Below, piece by piece: positions 36,858-62,984 of a stretch of 64,000 bases of DNA. The DNA comes from the human T2T-CHM13v2.0 reference genome, Homo sapiens. The translations under genes were made by a program, and so were the position numbers. The stretch's first letter is position 1, and every line of letters starts with the position of its first letter. The notes under the pieces were generated by a model. The model was not told the origin of the DNA. It ran no database searches and saw only the letters and a program-made list of their open reading frames with translations. The stretch lies in the NCBI RefSeq assembly GCF_009914755.1, contig NC_060930.1; one strand, written 5' to 3'.

Positions 36858-37962
36858 CTTCTCATCTAGATGTGCTCCTATGTTCAAGTCCAGGGATGAG
36901 CTGCCTCAATTTCCTTATTGTAGCATAGTGAGAAGGAATGGAAGTTGAAAACAGTGTGATTTCAACTACATTAAAATAAAAATAAAACATTTATGTAGAA
37001 AAAGACGGAAATTCACCAACATTGAGGCTAGGCCTGTCATATGTTTGTCTGAGAGAAGAAAGGAGTGAATAACTGAAAATACTAAAGTATCAATAGTAGT
37101 TGACTTTGGATGGTGCAACTATAGGAATTTCTTTTCCTCAACCACTTTTTTAAACTTCCTTATGTTTTTCAAACTTAGAATGAGCCCGTATTTCTTTCAT
37201 AAGGGGAAAAAAAAACCTTATCTTTGAAATCTTATGAGAACGAGGCAATAGATAAAAGTACTTGGAGAATAAGCATTGTGTGAGGGAGATCTATTGTGCT
37301 ATTGTGACTATAGTTAATAATGTGTACTTGCAATTGCTAAGAGAGTAGATCTTAAATGTTCTCACAACAAAAATAATAACTGCTGCTAGGGCTGCAAGGC
37401 GAAAACAATTAAAAATGATAATTAGGCCAGGCATGGTGGCTCACGCCTGTAATCCTAGCACTTTGGGAGGCCGAGACAGGTGGATCACCTGAGGTCAGGA
37501 GTTTGCGACCGGCCTGGCCAACATGGTGAAACCCTGTCTCTATTAAAAAAATACAAAAATTAGCTCGCCATTGTGGCACACACCTGTAATTCCAGCTACT
37601 CAGGAGGCTGAGGCAAGAGAATTGCTTGAACCTGGGAGGCAGAGGTTGCAGTGAGCCAAGATTGCACCACTGCACTCCATCCTGGGCAACAGAGCAAGAC
37701 TCTGTCAAAAAAAAAAAAAAAAAAACTTGATTTAAACATTTCACGATGTATATCAGAATATCACATCATAAACAATAGATTCAATTTTTAGTTGTCAACT
37801 GTAGTATTAAAATATTTTAGAAAAAGAAAACAAGCATGTTTTCACAAATATAAGCATATATTGAAAACTAAATGTATTCAGCTTTTACACAATTCAACTC
37901 AGCATTTTTTTAAAATACTAAAATTATGCAAACTATGAATTTGAGACATCAAAAACACCTAC

Positions 37963-38112
37963 CAGAAATAATTCCATGGGAAACTCAATGGGATACTGAT
38001 TGAAAGAAATTCTGATACATTTGTTGATTCGCAGAGCAACAACAACAGTTAGAAATACTAGAATGCTGGTGGAATTCGCTTTTGGGAGAGCTACACAGTA
38101 ATTAATTATGTC
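37963..38112 (-). CDS. SLC26A8: SLC26A8 coding exon (probable exon 7), 150 nt, DIINYCVAL...EFPMELFL
   Basis: Acceptor ttctttcag, donor CTG|GTAGGT; phase 0-0; PxPxEL-like SLC26 motif. Confidence 0.97.
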
Positions 38113-38813
38113 CTGAAAGAAAATAAAATTACGGAGGCTTAGAAAGGGATGTAGTAATTGCCTAAGTCTAGAAATTGACACTGTAGATTAACCCAAAAAG
38201 AAGTCCCCAAGTAGAGTTTCTGGGTACAAAGGTCTTTATGGGTATTACTAGAACAGTGAGGGCAAGCATGGTGGGGGTGGCCAATTTTGTAAAAAGAGGG
38301 ACAGTAATGCTCAATAAGAATAAGGAGAGAATACACTGTATGTTTTAGTATAATGAACAGGCCCTAGAAGTTCTGTTTATAAGCCAATAGTTATTAGTTT
38401 TCCCAAATAATATACTGTAGCTTAGCTCCTACCCTATTCTTACATTTAGGAACTACTTAGTCTTGTATATCCTTTAGATGTTTTAGGATACATGTCTGTT
38501 ATAAGATAGGTAATGAGAAGAACTGTGATAGATACAATATCTTAAAGGCCAAATTTTAATGTATATCATGATAGTTTAAAAGGCTGAGCTGAAATGGTTA
38601 GTCAACTGAAAGCATGGTCTAACTGGCATCTGCAATTAATCAAGACCCTAATTCTCCAATAAAGGAAAATATTTCTAGTACCCTCTTGACTGAGCTGCCT
38701 ATAGGCTGTGTCTCCTTTCAGAAGGGGCGGGAGTCTCCCTACTGAGCTCCACTTTTCTTTGGAGGCAAGAGGAGTGGCATTTGTAACTCTGGGTAAGAGT
38801 TGAAATTACTCAC

Positions 38814-38978
38814 ATAGAAGAAGGAGATGGGACCGGCATGGAAACTAATCATAATCCCAAAGATGAAAGTCAGCTGGGACAGCATGATATGAAGTGCCAC
38901 AGCAGCCAGGTAAGCACTCATTGCAGACTCCGGAAGGTAAGTGGCAATGAAGCCCAAACCCAATACGCCCATTATTAG
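38814..38978 (-). CDS. SLC26A8: SLC26A8 coding exon (probable exon 6), 165 nt, LIMGVLGLGF...GPISFFY
   Basis: Acceptor ctctgcag, donor TAT|GTGAGT; phase 0-0. Confidence 0.97.
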
Positions 38979-40225
38979 CTGCAGAGAAGAGAAAACCAGA
39001 GTGGGGTAGAATGTCTTCAATCCAGCAATGGCACCAATGGCACTCTCCAGGAAAAGAAGGGTTTCCAATAGAAAAGTTAAGATAGGCCCCTTTGGTAACT
39101 CTTGTAACTCTCTTTCCCTAATGAACAGAAGTTGATAACATGGGTCCTTGTATGTTGATCAGAGGCTCCCAACAAGTGCTAGCTCACACTACTCCTTTCC
39201 TTCTTTGTGAGCAGTCAGCTCACTTAAGTTCTTGCCCTAGAATCTACTGCTCTCTAGGTTGACTTGGGGAAAACAGGGACAAGGTGATCAGAACAAGCCT
39301 TTGCCTATTTATTTATTTATGAGACAGGATCTCACTCTGTTGCCCAGGCCGGAGTGCAGTGGTGCAATCATAGCTCACTGTAACCTCAAACTCCTGGGCA
39401 CAAGGGATTCTCTGCTTCAACTTCCCAAATAGCTGGGACTACAGATGCTCACACTGGGCATTTTTTTTTTTTTTTTGATAGAGATTGGGTGGGGGGGGGG
39501 GTCTTGCTATATTACCTAGGCTGGTCTCGAACTCCTGACCTCAAGTGATTCTCCTGTTTTGGCCTCCCAAAACCCTGGGATTACAGGCATGAACGCACTG
39601 TGCCTGGCCTGCCTTTGCCTTTTTAAACCTCTTTCATTAGAAGCTTTGATAGCCCTTTTCAGGAGATGTTAACATTCCTCTGAGGAATGCAGCTTTTCAC
39701 AAAGGAGAAGAGAATTTCAAAACAGTGGGATCGAGCTCAAACTTCTTGGCCTTTGACTCTTATCTTTACTGAGAATAATTAAATTGAATTTATTTATGTT
39801 TTCAGGATTATGCATATCCTGAAGAAAAATAAAAAAGGTATTTTACATGTCAATATGCATATGTAAAATTTATGTTATATAGCATATAATAAAATTTTAT
39901 ACACACAGGATCTAAAAGGATAGACCTCAAATGATTAACAGGAATTACCTTTGGGGAATGGGGTTAGATGTTGGGGACAATATTTGATAATTTATACACT
40001 TTTTTACTATTTGAGATGTTCGTCTTTTATAATAAAAACCACAATTAGGTTGGGTGTGGTGGCTCATGCCTGTAATCTCAGCACTTTGGGAGGCTCAAGT
40101 GGGAGGGTCGCTTGAGCTCAGGAATTTGAGATGAGCCTGGGCAACATGGCGACACTTTGTCTCTACAACAAGAAAAATAAAAAACAAAAAGAGGGTAGGT
40201 TAAGAAAACTGGCACAGCCCAATGA

Positions 40226-40622
<397 letters not shown>

Positions 40623-40772
40623 TAGCCAGGATGGTCTCGATCTCCTGACCTTGTGATCCGCCCGCCTCGGCCTCTCAAAGTGCTGGGATTACAGGCGTGA
40701 GCCACTGCGCCCTGCCGACTGTCTCTCCCTTAATCTCCTGTCATTGCCGCCCAATGTTCTATTTTACTCTAG

Positions 40773-41099
<327 letters not shown>

Positions 41100-41879
41100 T
41101 GAACTCCTGACCTCAAGTGATCCACCCGCTTTGGTCTCCCAAAGTGCTGGAATTACAGGCGTGAGCCACTGTGGCTGGCCTGCATCATCTTTCAAGAGCT
41201 CAGTAAAATTCCTCTCCTTTAAGGAGTGTGGTGAAAAAAGCATGGTTCCTGGGCTTGGAGAATCTGGCTTCAGTCCTGGCCCAGCCACTCATTGGCTGTG
41301 TAAGTGTGGGCAAGTTAACTCTTTGAACCTCAGTTTCCTCATCTATAAAATGTGAATAATATTCAATGTAAAGTGTTTTGAATAGATTAAATTTCATCAC
41401 ACATGTAAAATACCTAGCTCAGATGTGAAAATAGTGACAAATATGTATCACTCATATTTGCAAATATATGTTACTCTTCTTCATACCATCCCTGCCTTCC
41501 ATCTCGTAAATGGCAAAAATCTGCAATTGCCTTAGAACTCTTTCTTGCCCACTGTAATATGGCATCACGTTCAGTGTTAACATAATATTCTAGGCAGCCA
41601 CTGTTAATCAGTCAGGGTTGGCCTGTGAGATGAAACCTATCTGCCATTCTTATAGGAAGCCAGTACTAAATGTTGAATGAATGAAAGGGAGGGCTCAATA
41701 AATAGTTGTTTCCTTCCCAGATAACTTCGACTCAACTAGAGGTTATTTTTTAACTTCATGTTCTTTTGGCACTAAACTCTTATATGAATATTATTTTACG
41801 CTTAAGATTTCCTAGAGCACAGATTCTACAATCAGACAACCCTAAAACTGAATCCCAGTTTGGTGTCTTAGCTATGTGA

Positions 41880-42128
<249 letters not shown>

Positions 42129-42824
42129 TGAAAAAAGCTGAGGCTTGAAGGAGAAGAGAAAGCATGCATGAGGCCCCTTGATAATTAAAAGGTTGCTTGT
42201 GTATTTTGTCTTATCCCACAAGATTAAACTTTTTAACCACAGGAAACTATATATTGTTTTTTAAATTTTTGGTCTCTGTTAAAGTACCAAATTCATTTCT
42301 CTGTGCCCACTAATTATAACTTATTGATGCTTACTATGTGACAAGCTCTAGGCTAAATACTTTGCATGCATTTTTTTCACTAAATCCTCCTAAGAACCCT
42401 GCAAAACAAATATTATTCCTGCTTTACACATGAGGAAACTGAGGCCCACCAAGGTAAAATAATTTACCAAAATTCACACAGCTCATAGTGTCAGGGCTGG
42501 AGTCTGCCCACTTTGATAGCCTGCCTTTGTAGGTACCCAATAAATCTTTACTTAGTGAAAGACAGTCCCAGGGGAGATCAGTGAAAATCAACTAGAGACT
42601 GGGTTAGTTGAGAAAAAAGAGAAATAAGCCTGGAGGATGTGACTAGTTCAGTAGATGAACTTTTGGTGATAGACTCTCAGAGGAAATTAAAGACAGAGCC
42701 AAAATAAGTTTTGAGATTTTAATGAGTCATTCATATTATTGTCCTTTAGCTGTGGTCCTTGTCAATGCAGAAAAAGGATTCCAGATCTGGCTCTAAAGCT
42801 TACTAACCCAAAGATAGTGTGTGA

Positions 42825-42950
<126 letters not shown>

Positions 42951-43014
42951 TGATCCTCCCACCTCAGCCTCCTGAGTAACTGGGACTACAGGCACATGCT
43001 ACCATGCCCAGCTA

Positions 43015-43302
<288 letters not shown>

Positions 43303-43399
43303 CTACAGCCTGGGCAACAAGAGCAAAACTCCATCTAAAAAAAAAAAAAGAATATGAAGCAATTTTTGAAAAGGTAAGATCAGGAGTGGAGCTCTGGAC

Positions 43400-43761
43400 T
43401 AAGAGTCCCCAGCCCCCTGGGGCCACCGACCAGTACTGGTACTGGTTTGTGGCCTGTTAGGAACCGGGTGCTGCACAGCAGGAGGTGAGCAGCAGGCAAG
43501 CAAGCATCACTGCCTGAGCTCTCCACCTTCTGTCAGATCAGCCACAGCATTAGATTCTCAGGGAAGCACAAACCCTATTGTGAACTGCACATGCGAGGGA
43601 TCTAGGTTGCATGCTCCTTATGAGAATCAAATGCCAGGTCATCTGAGGTGGAACAGTTTCATCCCAAAACCACCACCCTCCCTGGCCCCGACCTGCCATT
43701 TGTGGAAAAATTGTCTTCTTTTGCAACTGGTCCCTGGTTTCAAAAAGGTTGGGGACCACTG
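43400..43761 (+). mobile_element. MER1B hAT-Charlie MITE
   Basis: Perfect 8-bp TSD CTCTGGAC on both sides; internal ggcctgttaggaaccggg and gggatctaggttgc motifs of MER1. Confidence 0.9.
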
Positions 43762-44039
43762 CTCTGGACCATCATCCCTTAGACCCTTTGTCTTAGAGGT
43801 GAAAGGACTGAAGAGAATGTTTAATATCTCATCCTAAATCAGTGGTAGATGATTTCTGAGGAGAGAGAAGTTTTGTCACTAAGGAGACACGCTATTCACA
43901 CAGCCTCTGATTTTTCAAAAAATAAATCACTGAAGTTCCAGGTATATCACAGTGGATCACAGGAGCAGTATAAGGAAGGGGTCTGTTTATAGCCCCTTTA
44001 TTCAGTTCCTTTTCAGGGATTTGAAGACTCAGATCCTAC

Positions 44040-44221
44040 CTGAATAATCCCAGTCAGAAAAGTTGTGGTTGCCACCACACTCAAGGATTTATTATAGCCC
44101 ATAAGGTAGGAGGGGGCCGAAAACTCATTCTTGACGAAAGATCCCATGACCAGTTGACCGTTGTTGAATGGGCTCACTTTCAGAACGTTGATCAGCAGAG
44201 CACTCACCAGGAAGAAGGAAC
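44040..44221 (-). CDS. SLC26A8: SLC26A8 coding exon (probable exon 5), 182 nt, SFFLVSALL...FLTGIIQ
   Basis: Acceptor cttccacag, donor CAG|GTAGGA; in frame. Confidence 0.97.
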
Positions 44222-44750
44222 CTGTGGAAGAAGATGTTAGGTAGAAGGTGAAGTTTCAAGTCCAGGTAAACTGATATTGACAAAAGCAAGGTATGGTTGA
44301 ATTCTGGATTGTCCTTCAACTGAATAACTTTTCTTATTTGAAAGTGGCCATTGAGAAGTAAGAAAAATCAAAAAAGAGAACTGTGTCTCCACATATTGTG
44401 ACCAACTCATGGGATTTAGATGGTGGTGGTTTAGGTATTTAGTCTCTTTGTGTTATGGGTATGTTGAGTGGAATAGAGAAGTTGACTGAAATGGGTGTCA
44501 GGCTCAGCTGCTGTGTCTGCTCTTAGAGAAGGTTAAAAGTGAGATGGCAGTGAAAATATTAGAAAAGAAAGCAATCACCGGGCATGGTGGCTCACGCCTG
44601 TAATCCTAGCACTTTGGGAGGCTGAGGCAGGTGGATCACCTGAGATCAGGAGTTTGAGACGAGCCTGACCAACATGGAGAAACCCCGTCTCTACCAAAAA
44701 TACAAAATTAGCTGGGCATGGTGGTGCATGCCTGTAATCCCACCTACTCA

Positions 44751-44855
<105 letters not shown>

Positions 44856-45169
44856 TCAAAAAAAAAAAAAGAAAAGAAAAGAAAAGATAATGAAGCAATC
44901 AATAACAATAGGAAGAAAAATAATACTGACACTGAGGTAAATTAAACTTATTTCAAACATTGTTTTGTTTAGTCCTCATATTGTCATAACACATAAGAGA
45001 GCAAAGATATATCTTAACTTTAAATTTACCTAACATAAATAAATCTCTAACAACCCTTATTATAAGTATTTGGAAATGATTGTGAGGTTCCTCAGAAACT
45101 TGGAAATATAGGAATAAAATTGTTTTATTGGTGTTCAAATGTAAAATCAACACATAGCAGATTGAATAA

Positions 45170-45376
<207 letters not shown>

Positions 45377-46293
45377 TAGTAGAGGTGGGGTTTCACTATG
45401 TTAGCCAGGCTGGTCTCAAACTCCTGACCTCATGATCCACTTGCCTCGGCCTCCCAAAGTGCTGCGATTACAGGCATGAGCCACCGTACCTGGCCAAGCT
45501 ATTCTTAAAAAAGGAAAAGTAGCACTTCACGTCTGGAAGGATGGGATGTTAATCAGACTGAACATAAAAACATATATAAAGAGTGTGTCATTCAGAATGG
45601 TAAATGTTGGTGGATTGGTCAGTTCAGTGGAGAAATCCAGGAAAAGGCACATCACTGAGTAAATGTTGGCAATGACCTTCTAAACTTATGGGGGAATTTT
45701 GTGATTTGATTTCTGTGCAGGCTCACCTAGGTGAAGTAAATGTGCTGATCATATGACCTTTAATTAGTCTGGCCTCTGTAATAGTTATTTCTAATTATAA
45801 ATTAGTAGATGGACTTTTGACTCAGGGAAGGGAAGTACTTATCCTATGGATGTCAGTGTTTTGATTACTGTGATAACATTTTCTCACTGTAAATTAATAA
45901 GCTGGCATGCTGTATTACAAGTCAGCCCATGGAGTTTGGTTATTATGGTTCAGATGAAAGAAGTATCTGCTCTAGGAGTATTGACACAATCATTCCTGCA
46001 TCTTCTGGGTTGAGGGAAGTCAGATTCCAATGTGTGATGATTTCTTAAGGAAAGTACCTCTGCCCTTTAATTTCTTTGGGAAACATCTTGCTGGCCTGTT
46101 TTCTGGTGTTGACAATAATGATACACTAGAAGTATTTATTTCTACAATCTGAACACTAACTGTATGGATAGAATGTCCACCTCCTGCCTCCTTTCTTTCT
46201 ATCTTAAAGCTTTATGTTGGGTACCTTAGCAATAAGTATATGATCAAGATGGAAACTTCATCCACCGCATGTGTATTTCAGTGCTGAACTCAC

Positions 46294-46410
46294 CAATGGA
46301 CATTTGATGACACGATCCAAAAATTACATAGATTACCGAAGAACAGAAAGCTGCATAAGCGATGTTGAGAGGAGGAATCAGTTGCCTTGCCAGCAAACTA
46401 AGTGTCAGGC
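46294..46410 (-). CDS. SLC26A8: SLC26A8 coding exon (probable exon 4), 117 nt, LTLSLLARQ...FGSCHQMSI(G)
   Basis: Acceptor tgtttttcag, donor G|GTGAGT. Phase 1-1 joins the neighbours in frame; sulfate-transporter signature region. Confidence 0.97.
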
Positions 46411-47384
46411 CTGAAAAACAAGATAATTTAAGAAAAAGCAGCTTGTCTTTAAAAGTCACCTTAAATAAAAACTGTAAAGAATATTTAAAATAAAAATCAT
46501 CCATGTGTATAGCTGACTGAGTGTGGTAATAGTATTTCTGGACATACAATCCTTCATTAGCACTTTTTATTATCTTCTTTGATTCCTAGCTTCTCTTCCT
46601 ATTTTGCCACATGCTTTTACACTTCAATTCAATATCATAGGCTGAAACATCATTCACTGCAAGGTCTTAATACTAAACATGTAAAGCAAATACCATAGCA
46701 ATAAGACCCCTAATTCCAACAGCTCAAAAGCAGCCCCATCCTTATGCCTAGTCTAGCACAAGCAGGCCGTGGGAATTCTCCAGGGCTGAAGATAAAACTG
46801 GAGAGCAAGGCAAGAATCACACTTCACTGACTTGAAGTTGGTATGTGTTGGTTCTCTTCCATAGGCCAATCACTCCAGCCTCTTCCTTCAGCTGCTTCTC
46901 TAATACTTACTTTCTTTTCTAAGAAGCACCATGAGAATTTGGAAATTTTGAAGCAAATGGACTAACAGGCATTGTGTCATCCTTTTGATGTTTCAAGCCC
47001 CTATTTCCTTCCCTAAGAGTCTGTCCTCAATTTACATCATACTGATATACTCATCTAAATTCAGTTATGAATTTAGTGAGGTGGTTTATTGTCTTAGATA
47101 AGCAAGGCTCCTTTTTATAAGACATTTCAAACACATCCAAAAATAGAGTATAATGAATTCCATATACCCATCATCCACTTCAACAATGGTTAACCCATAA
47201 CCAATCTATGCTTCTACTCCTCTCTCACCCTATATTACTTTGAGGCAAATCCAAGGCATTCGATTATTTAATCTGTAGATATTTTGGTATGTGTCTCTAA
47301 ATGATAATACTCTTCTAATTTAAGTACAATATCATCATTATCCACTCAGTGTTCAAATTTCCCTGATTATCTTACAAATGATTG

Positions 47385-48270
<886 letters not shown>

Positions 48271-48589
48271 TGCTGTTACATGTTGTGCTTTGTTTCACAA
48301 TCTGTGTGTCTAAATCAGAACCCAAATATGGTCCTCACATTGGTTGATATGTCTCTTAAGTCTCTTGTAATCTATAGGATTTTTTCACCACATTTTTTCC
48401 CCTATGCAAGGCTCTATTGATTGCAAGTAACAGAAAATCTACTCAAATTAGCTTAAGCAAAATAGGAAATTTATTAAAAGGGTACAAAGGGCAGTTAGAC
48501 CTCATCAGAGACTGGAACCGAACTAAAAAGCCATCAGAATCCAAGGTTGCTACCTTCCCATTCTCTTTGTTTCCAGGGTTCATGGTATC

Positions 48590-52220
<3,631 letters not shown>

Positions 52221-52391
52221 CCAGCACCTTTTTAATAAGGTCTTCATCATATAGTATTTTTGTTTCATTTGAATAAAATTATTGTCATCAGGTATTCAAA
52301 TGTAAGTACAATTTTTGAATTATTCACACTACAAATTATCTTATTATTCACATCAATTAAACTAATATTCAATCCCTTAATCAAGTATTAA

Positions 52392-52622
<231 letters not shown>

Positions 52623-53104
52623 TAGGCTGGTCTCGACCTCCTGACCTCAAGTGATTCACCTCCCTCAGCCTCCCAAAGTGTTGGGATTACAGGTGTGAGC
52701 TACCATAACCAGTTATGCAATCATTTTTATTCAACAAACATCTTTTGAGTACCTACTATGTGCTAGGTGTTGTGGTGAATGCTAGATATTACTCTAATGC
52801 CATTCTTATTTTGATACAAGATTATACTGATGACTTTTTAATTTAGCAATGGGATATCCTCCAACTTTGGTCTTTATTTAAATATAAGTAGAAACTGGCA
52901 GGGGGCTCATAGTTAAAGCATCAATTCCAAGAGTTTAGCTGTCTCATTGCAGCACCATAGGAATATGCTAGAAATTTTATTCATAGAAATAAAGTGACTA
53001 TGTTAATACAAATGGGCCATTTTGGTTGTTGCTGCCACATGAAAATTTCTTTTTGCAGGAATGCAACTAGCACATATGGTAACTTAGTGTGAATACTCTC
53101 ATTT

Positions 53105-57230
<4,126 letters not shown>

Positions 57231-58529
57231 TTTAAAAAGTTATCTGTTTTCCCCAATTAACAGTGCTGTGCTAGAGTTGGATTTCAGCCACAGCTTGTTC
57301 ATGTTCTTGACCTCTTTTGTGCTATCCACAACCTGCCCGATCACAAGCTTCAACCCTGCCTGTTGAGCCTCAGAAAAATAGAGAAATGGAGGTATTTAAA
57401 GACTATCTGGGGAACTATAAACTACTGTGAGTAAAGGATTTATAAAACCCATTCTATTTTTTGAGGATGAATTTGATCTGGGGTTAACTTTCTAGCTCTG
57501 TTTCCCTGGAAACCTTATAATGGTAGAACGTCAGCTGTGTTACCGGGCAGAATTGCTTATGGTAAAAATGAACCCAAATAGTATATTCCATCTGGACCAA
57601 GAGGACTGTGAATGAAAGATAAATATCCAGTTGGAAGCCCTACCTTTGGGATTCTCTGAGCATAGTGACTCTTACAACTGGACTTGCCCATTGTGGGACT
57701 CTGGAAGCAATATTTATGGCACTGTTACAAAGTTGTTGATTCCTATTTGGGAAATGAGTTTTTAAAGCCCAGATAAGCTCCCACACCTATCTGTGTGATC
57801 TTGTTGTCTTACATCTGAACTGCTACTTGGAAGACCAAAGAGTGAGCACTGGATTGCTTGTCACTTGCTGGAGAGATGCTGGCATGCTATGTTTCCTATC
57901 CTTCACCTTTTTTTTCTTTTCTGAGACAGGGTCTTGCTTTGTTGCCCAGGCTGGAGTGCAGTGGTGTGATCACTGCTCACTACAGTCTCGACCTCCTGGG
58001 CTCAGGTGATCCTCCCACCTTGGCCTCCAGAGTAACTAAGACTACAGGCACACGTTACCAGGCCCCGCTAATTTTTGTATTTTTTTGTAGAGACAGAGTT
58101 TCACTGTGTTAGCCAGGCTGGTCTGGAACTCCTGAGCTCAAGCAATCTGTCTGCCTTGGCCTCCCAAAGTGCTGGGATTACAGGCATGAGCCACTATGCC
58201 CGCCTATCCTTCCCCTTTCTAGGTAAAACCAATGCCAAGTGAGATGTATTATAGCCATAAGCATGAAATAACTAGTGAAGGGAAAAAATAACAAAGAGTG
58301 GGTGTTACAAATACTCTGGAAAGCATTCAGGGGTCTAAAGTAAACCAAGTCTTTTGGAACCACCCTGGAGAGGTTAGAAATCTGGCAGATAAGGGAACAA
58401 ATGGTAATGCTGTGAATAAAATTCAATATTTTTTTTCTATTCATGTAGCACAAGTAATTGTTTACCCTGGGCACGTGGACAAGGTCTGATACATTGTCTT
58501 TGGATGAACAGGCTTCATATCTTCCTTAC

Positions 58530-58669
58530 CTTGGGGAACTTGCACAAGGCCAACACTTATACCAGCAAGTAAGTCTCCCAGAAGCCAATCCTTTAATCGA
58601 TACATACACATCCATTCTAGGAAGGGAAAGATTGTAAGCACGCATCGTAGGAACCTGTGCCATGAGCAG
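58530..58669 (-). CDS. SLC26A8: SLC26A8 coding exon (probable exon 3), 140 nt, (R)CSWHRFLRC...GLVQVPQ(G); TM1
   Basis: Acceptor ctctctcacag, donor G|GTAAGG. Translation has the SLC26 motif FPFLEW...DWLLGDLLAGISVGLVQVPQG and matches recalled human SLC26A8. Confidence 0.97.
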
Positions 58670-58764
58670 CTGTGAGAGAGAGGAGCAGAGACTTGGTTAG
58701 TTTCTCCAAAGAAAATGCCCGCATAGCCAAGAAAAGGCATTTGGCCCACATAGCCAAGAAAAAG

Positions 58765-58998
58765 TAGAGTCTTGTCAGCACTAATGAGAGTTTGACATAT
58801 TGGACCAGATAATTCTTTGTTGTTGGGCTGTCCTGTGCATTGCAGGATGTTTAGCAGCATCCCTCGTCTCTACACATTCCCACATTTGATATCAGTAGAA
58901 CTCCCCGCTTCAGCTGTGACAGCTAACAATAACAATGTCTCCAGACATCGCCACATGTTCCCTGGGGGACTAAATCACCTTAGCTTCAGAACCAAGTG
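58765..58998 (-). mobile_element. MER20 hAT-Charlie MITE
   Basis: Reverse complement matches MER20 (ggggacatttggcaatgtctggagac / gggatgctgctaaacatcct..aatgcacaggacagccc). Confidence 0.85.
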
Positions 58999-59154
58999 CT
59001 ATGTATATGTCAAGAACTAAGCCATATACGTCCAGCATGTAATCAGTTCTGTGTTTTCACAGGATATTTGGGAAGAATTAAACCTACCAATTTTCCAGTA
59101 GAAAAATGGACTGCTGTTGTTTTCTTTTGACAAGGACAGTGTTTTGAGGTGTGA

Positions 59155-60480
<1,326 letters not shown>

Positions 60481-60915
60481 TTTGTTCCTTCACCTGGTTC
60501 AGTCTGCCTTCCTCTCTGTGTGTCACTTAGGGAAAGACCAGCCAGCCACCCAAGGCAAAGTCATCAAAGCTCTTCCCCATGGTGAAAAATACAATGGACA
60601 CGGAGTGATGAGGCTTTAAGAGTGACAGAAACTAAGGAGGGAATTAGAGGAATGGAAGTTGAAGCTGACGGGGGAATAATATTAGCATTTAGACATGAAT
60701 CTGGATTTCAGTTAAGACATCTTAAAAGTGAGAAATGGAAGAATCAAAATGAAAGCACAAGGGAGATTTTGATAAGAGGGGGGATTTGCAGTTGCTAAAG
60801 AGGAAGAAAATGAGGAAAGCTATTAAGAGGTTTTCTGCAGAAAGGAAGAGATGGGGTTAAAAGATTATTTCATTTACATTAAAAAAACTCACTTATGGCC
60901 AGGTGCGGTGGCTCA

Positions 60916-61204
<289 letters not shown>

Positions 61205-62020
61205 CTAGTGCTATTTCCTAGTTGCTTTACAAATACTCTTTAAATCCTCACAATCACTTTACGAGGCAGGTGCTATTATCATGTTGATCTTACAGATAAG
61301 GAAACTGAGGCACAGCAGAGTTGAATAGCTTACCTAAGGTCACAAGGCTGAAAAGCAGCAGGACTAGTATTCAAAATCAGGCAGCCCAGTTTCAAAATTG
61401 TGCTTTTTTTTTTTTTTTTTTTGAGAGGGAGTCTCACTCTGTAGCCCAGGCTGGAGTGCAGTGGCGCAATCCCAGCTCACTGCAACCTTTGCATTCCGGT
61501 CCTGGTTCAAGCAATTCTCCTGCCTCAGCCTACCGAGTAGCTGGAATGACAGGCACGTGCCACCATGTCCAGCTAATTTTTGTATTTTTAGTAGAGACGG
61601 GGTTTCACCATGTTGGCCAGGCTGGTCTTAAACTCCTGACCTCGTGATCTGCCTGCCTCGGCCTCCCAGAGTGCTGGGATTACAGGCATGAGCCACTGTG
61701 CCCAGCCAGAATTGTGCTCTCAAGCATTGTGCTGTGCTACCTTTCTGGTTAAAATTTAGAAGTGGAGAGAATTGTATGTTTTAGAAGTAGGGAGTAACAG
61801 TTGCTAGAAAGCTTATGGGAGGCAGAATGGGTCAGATTTAAGTGTCCGGATGGCAAGGCTAAGTAAGGAAGGTAGAAAGGAGTTAGGTTGAAATTTCACT
61901 GGGAATACTTATTTATAATGAGGGTAAAGTTAGGGAAAAAGACTATCATTTTATAGAGACAAAGCCAATGTTGCCCCCAAATACCCTCTTTGGCACATGT
62001 CCCCCGATCCATCATGGAGC

Positions 62021-62141
62021 AGAGGAAGTGAGAGGACTGGGGGGGATATCCAAGAACACAACTTGCAAAAGGCAGAATGCGGACAAAGGAGAATGTCTCA
62101 AGGAGAGGACAGTCTGGAGCAGGGCTGTGTAGGGACTTTCC
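62021..62141 (+). promoter_or_regulatory. Candidate enhancer: PU.1/ETS site AGAGGAAGTG plus NF-kB site GGGACTTTCC
   Basis: Exact consensus motifs at 62021-62030 and 62132-62141 in apparently non-repeat sequence; function not shown. Confidence 0.4.
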
Positions 62142-62274
62142 ACACTTGTCACCAACATGCCAACATACCAACATGTGCCAATTGTGGGTGATAAACCAGG
62201 GGACAAGAAGGACTAATAAATTCAGAGTGTGACTGAGGACAACTTGAGTAATTAAGATTACTATAATGATGTAG

Positions 62275-62982
<708 letters not shown>

Positions 62983-62984
62983 CA

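Noticed and set aside
58722-58764. Short duplication catagccaagaaaa x2 upstream of the exon acceptor
   Set aside because: Simple local tandem duplication with no evident consequence for the acceptor.
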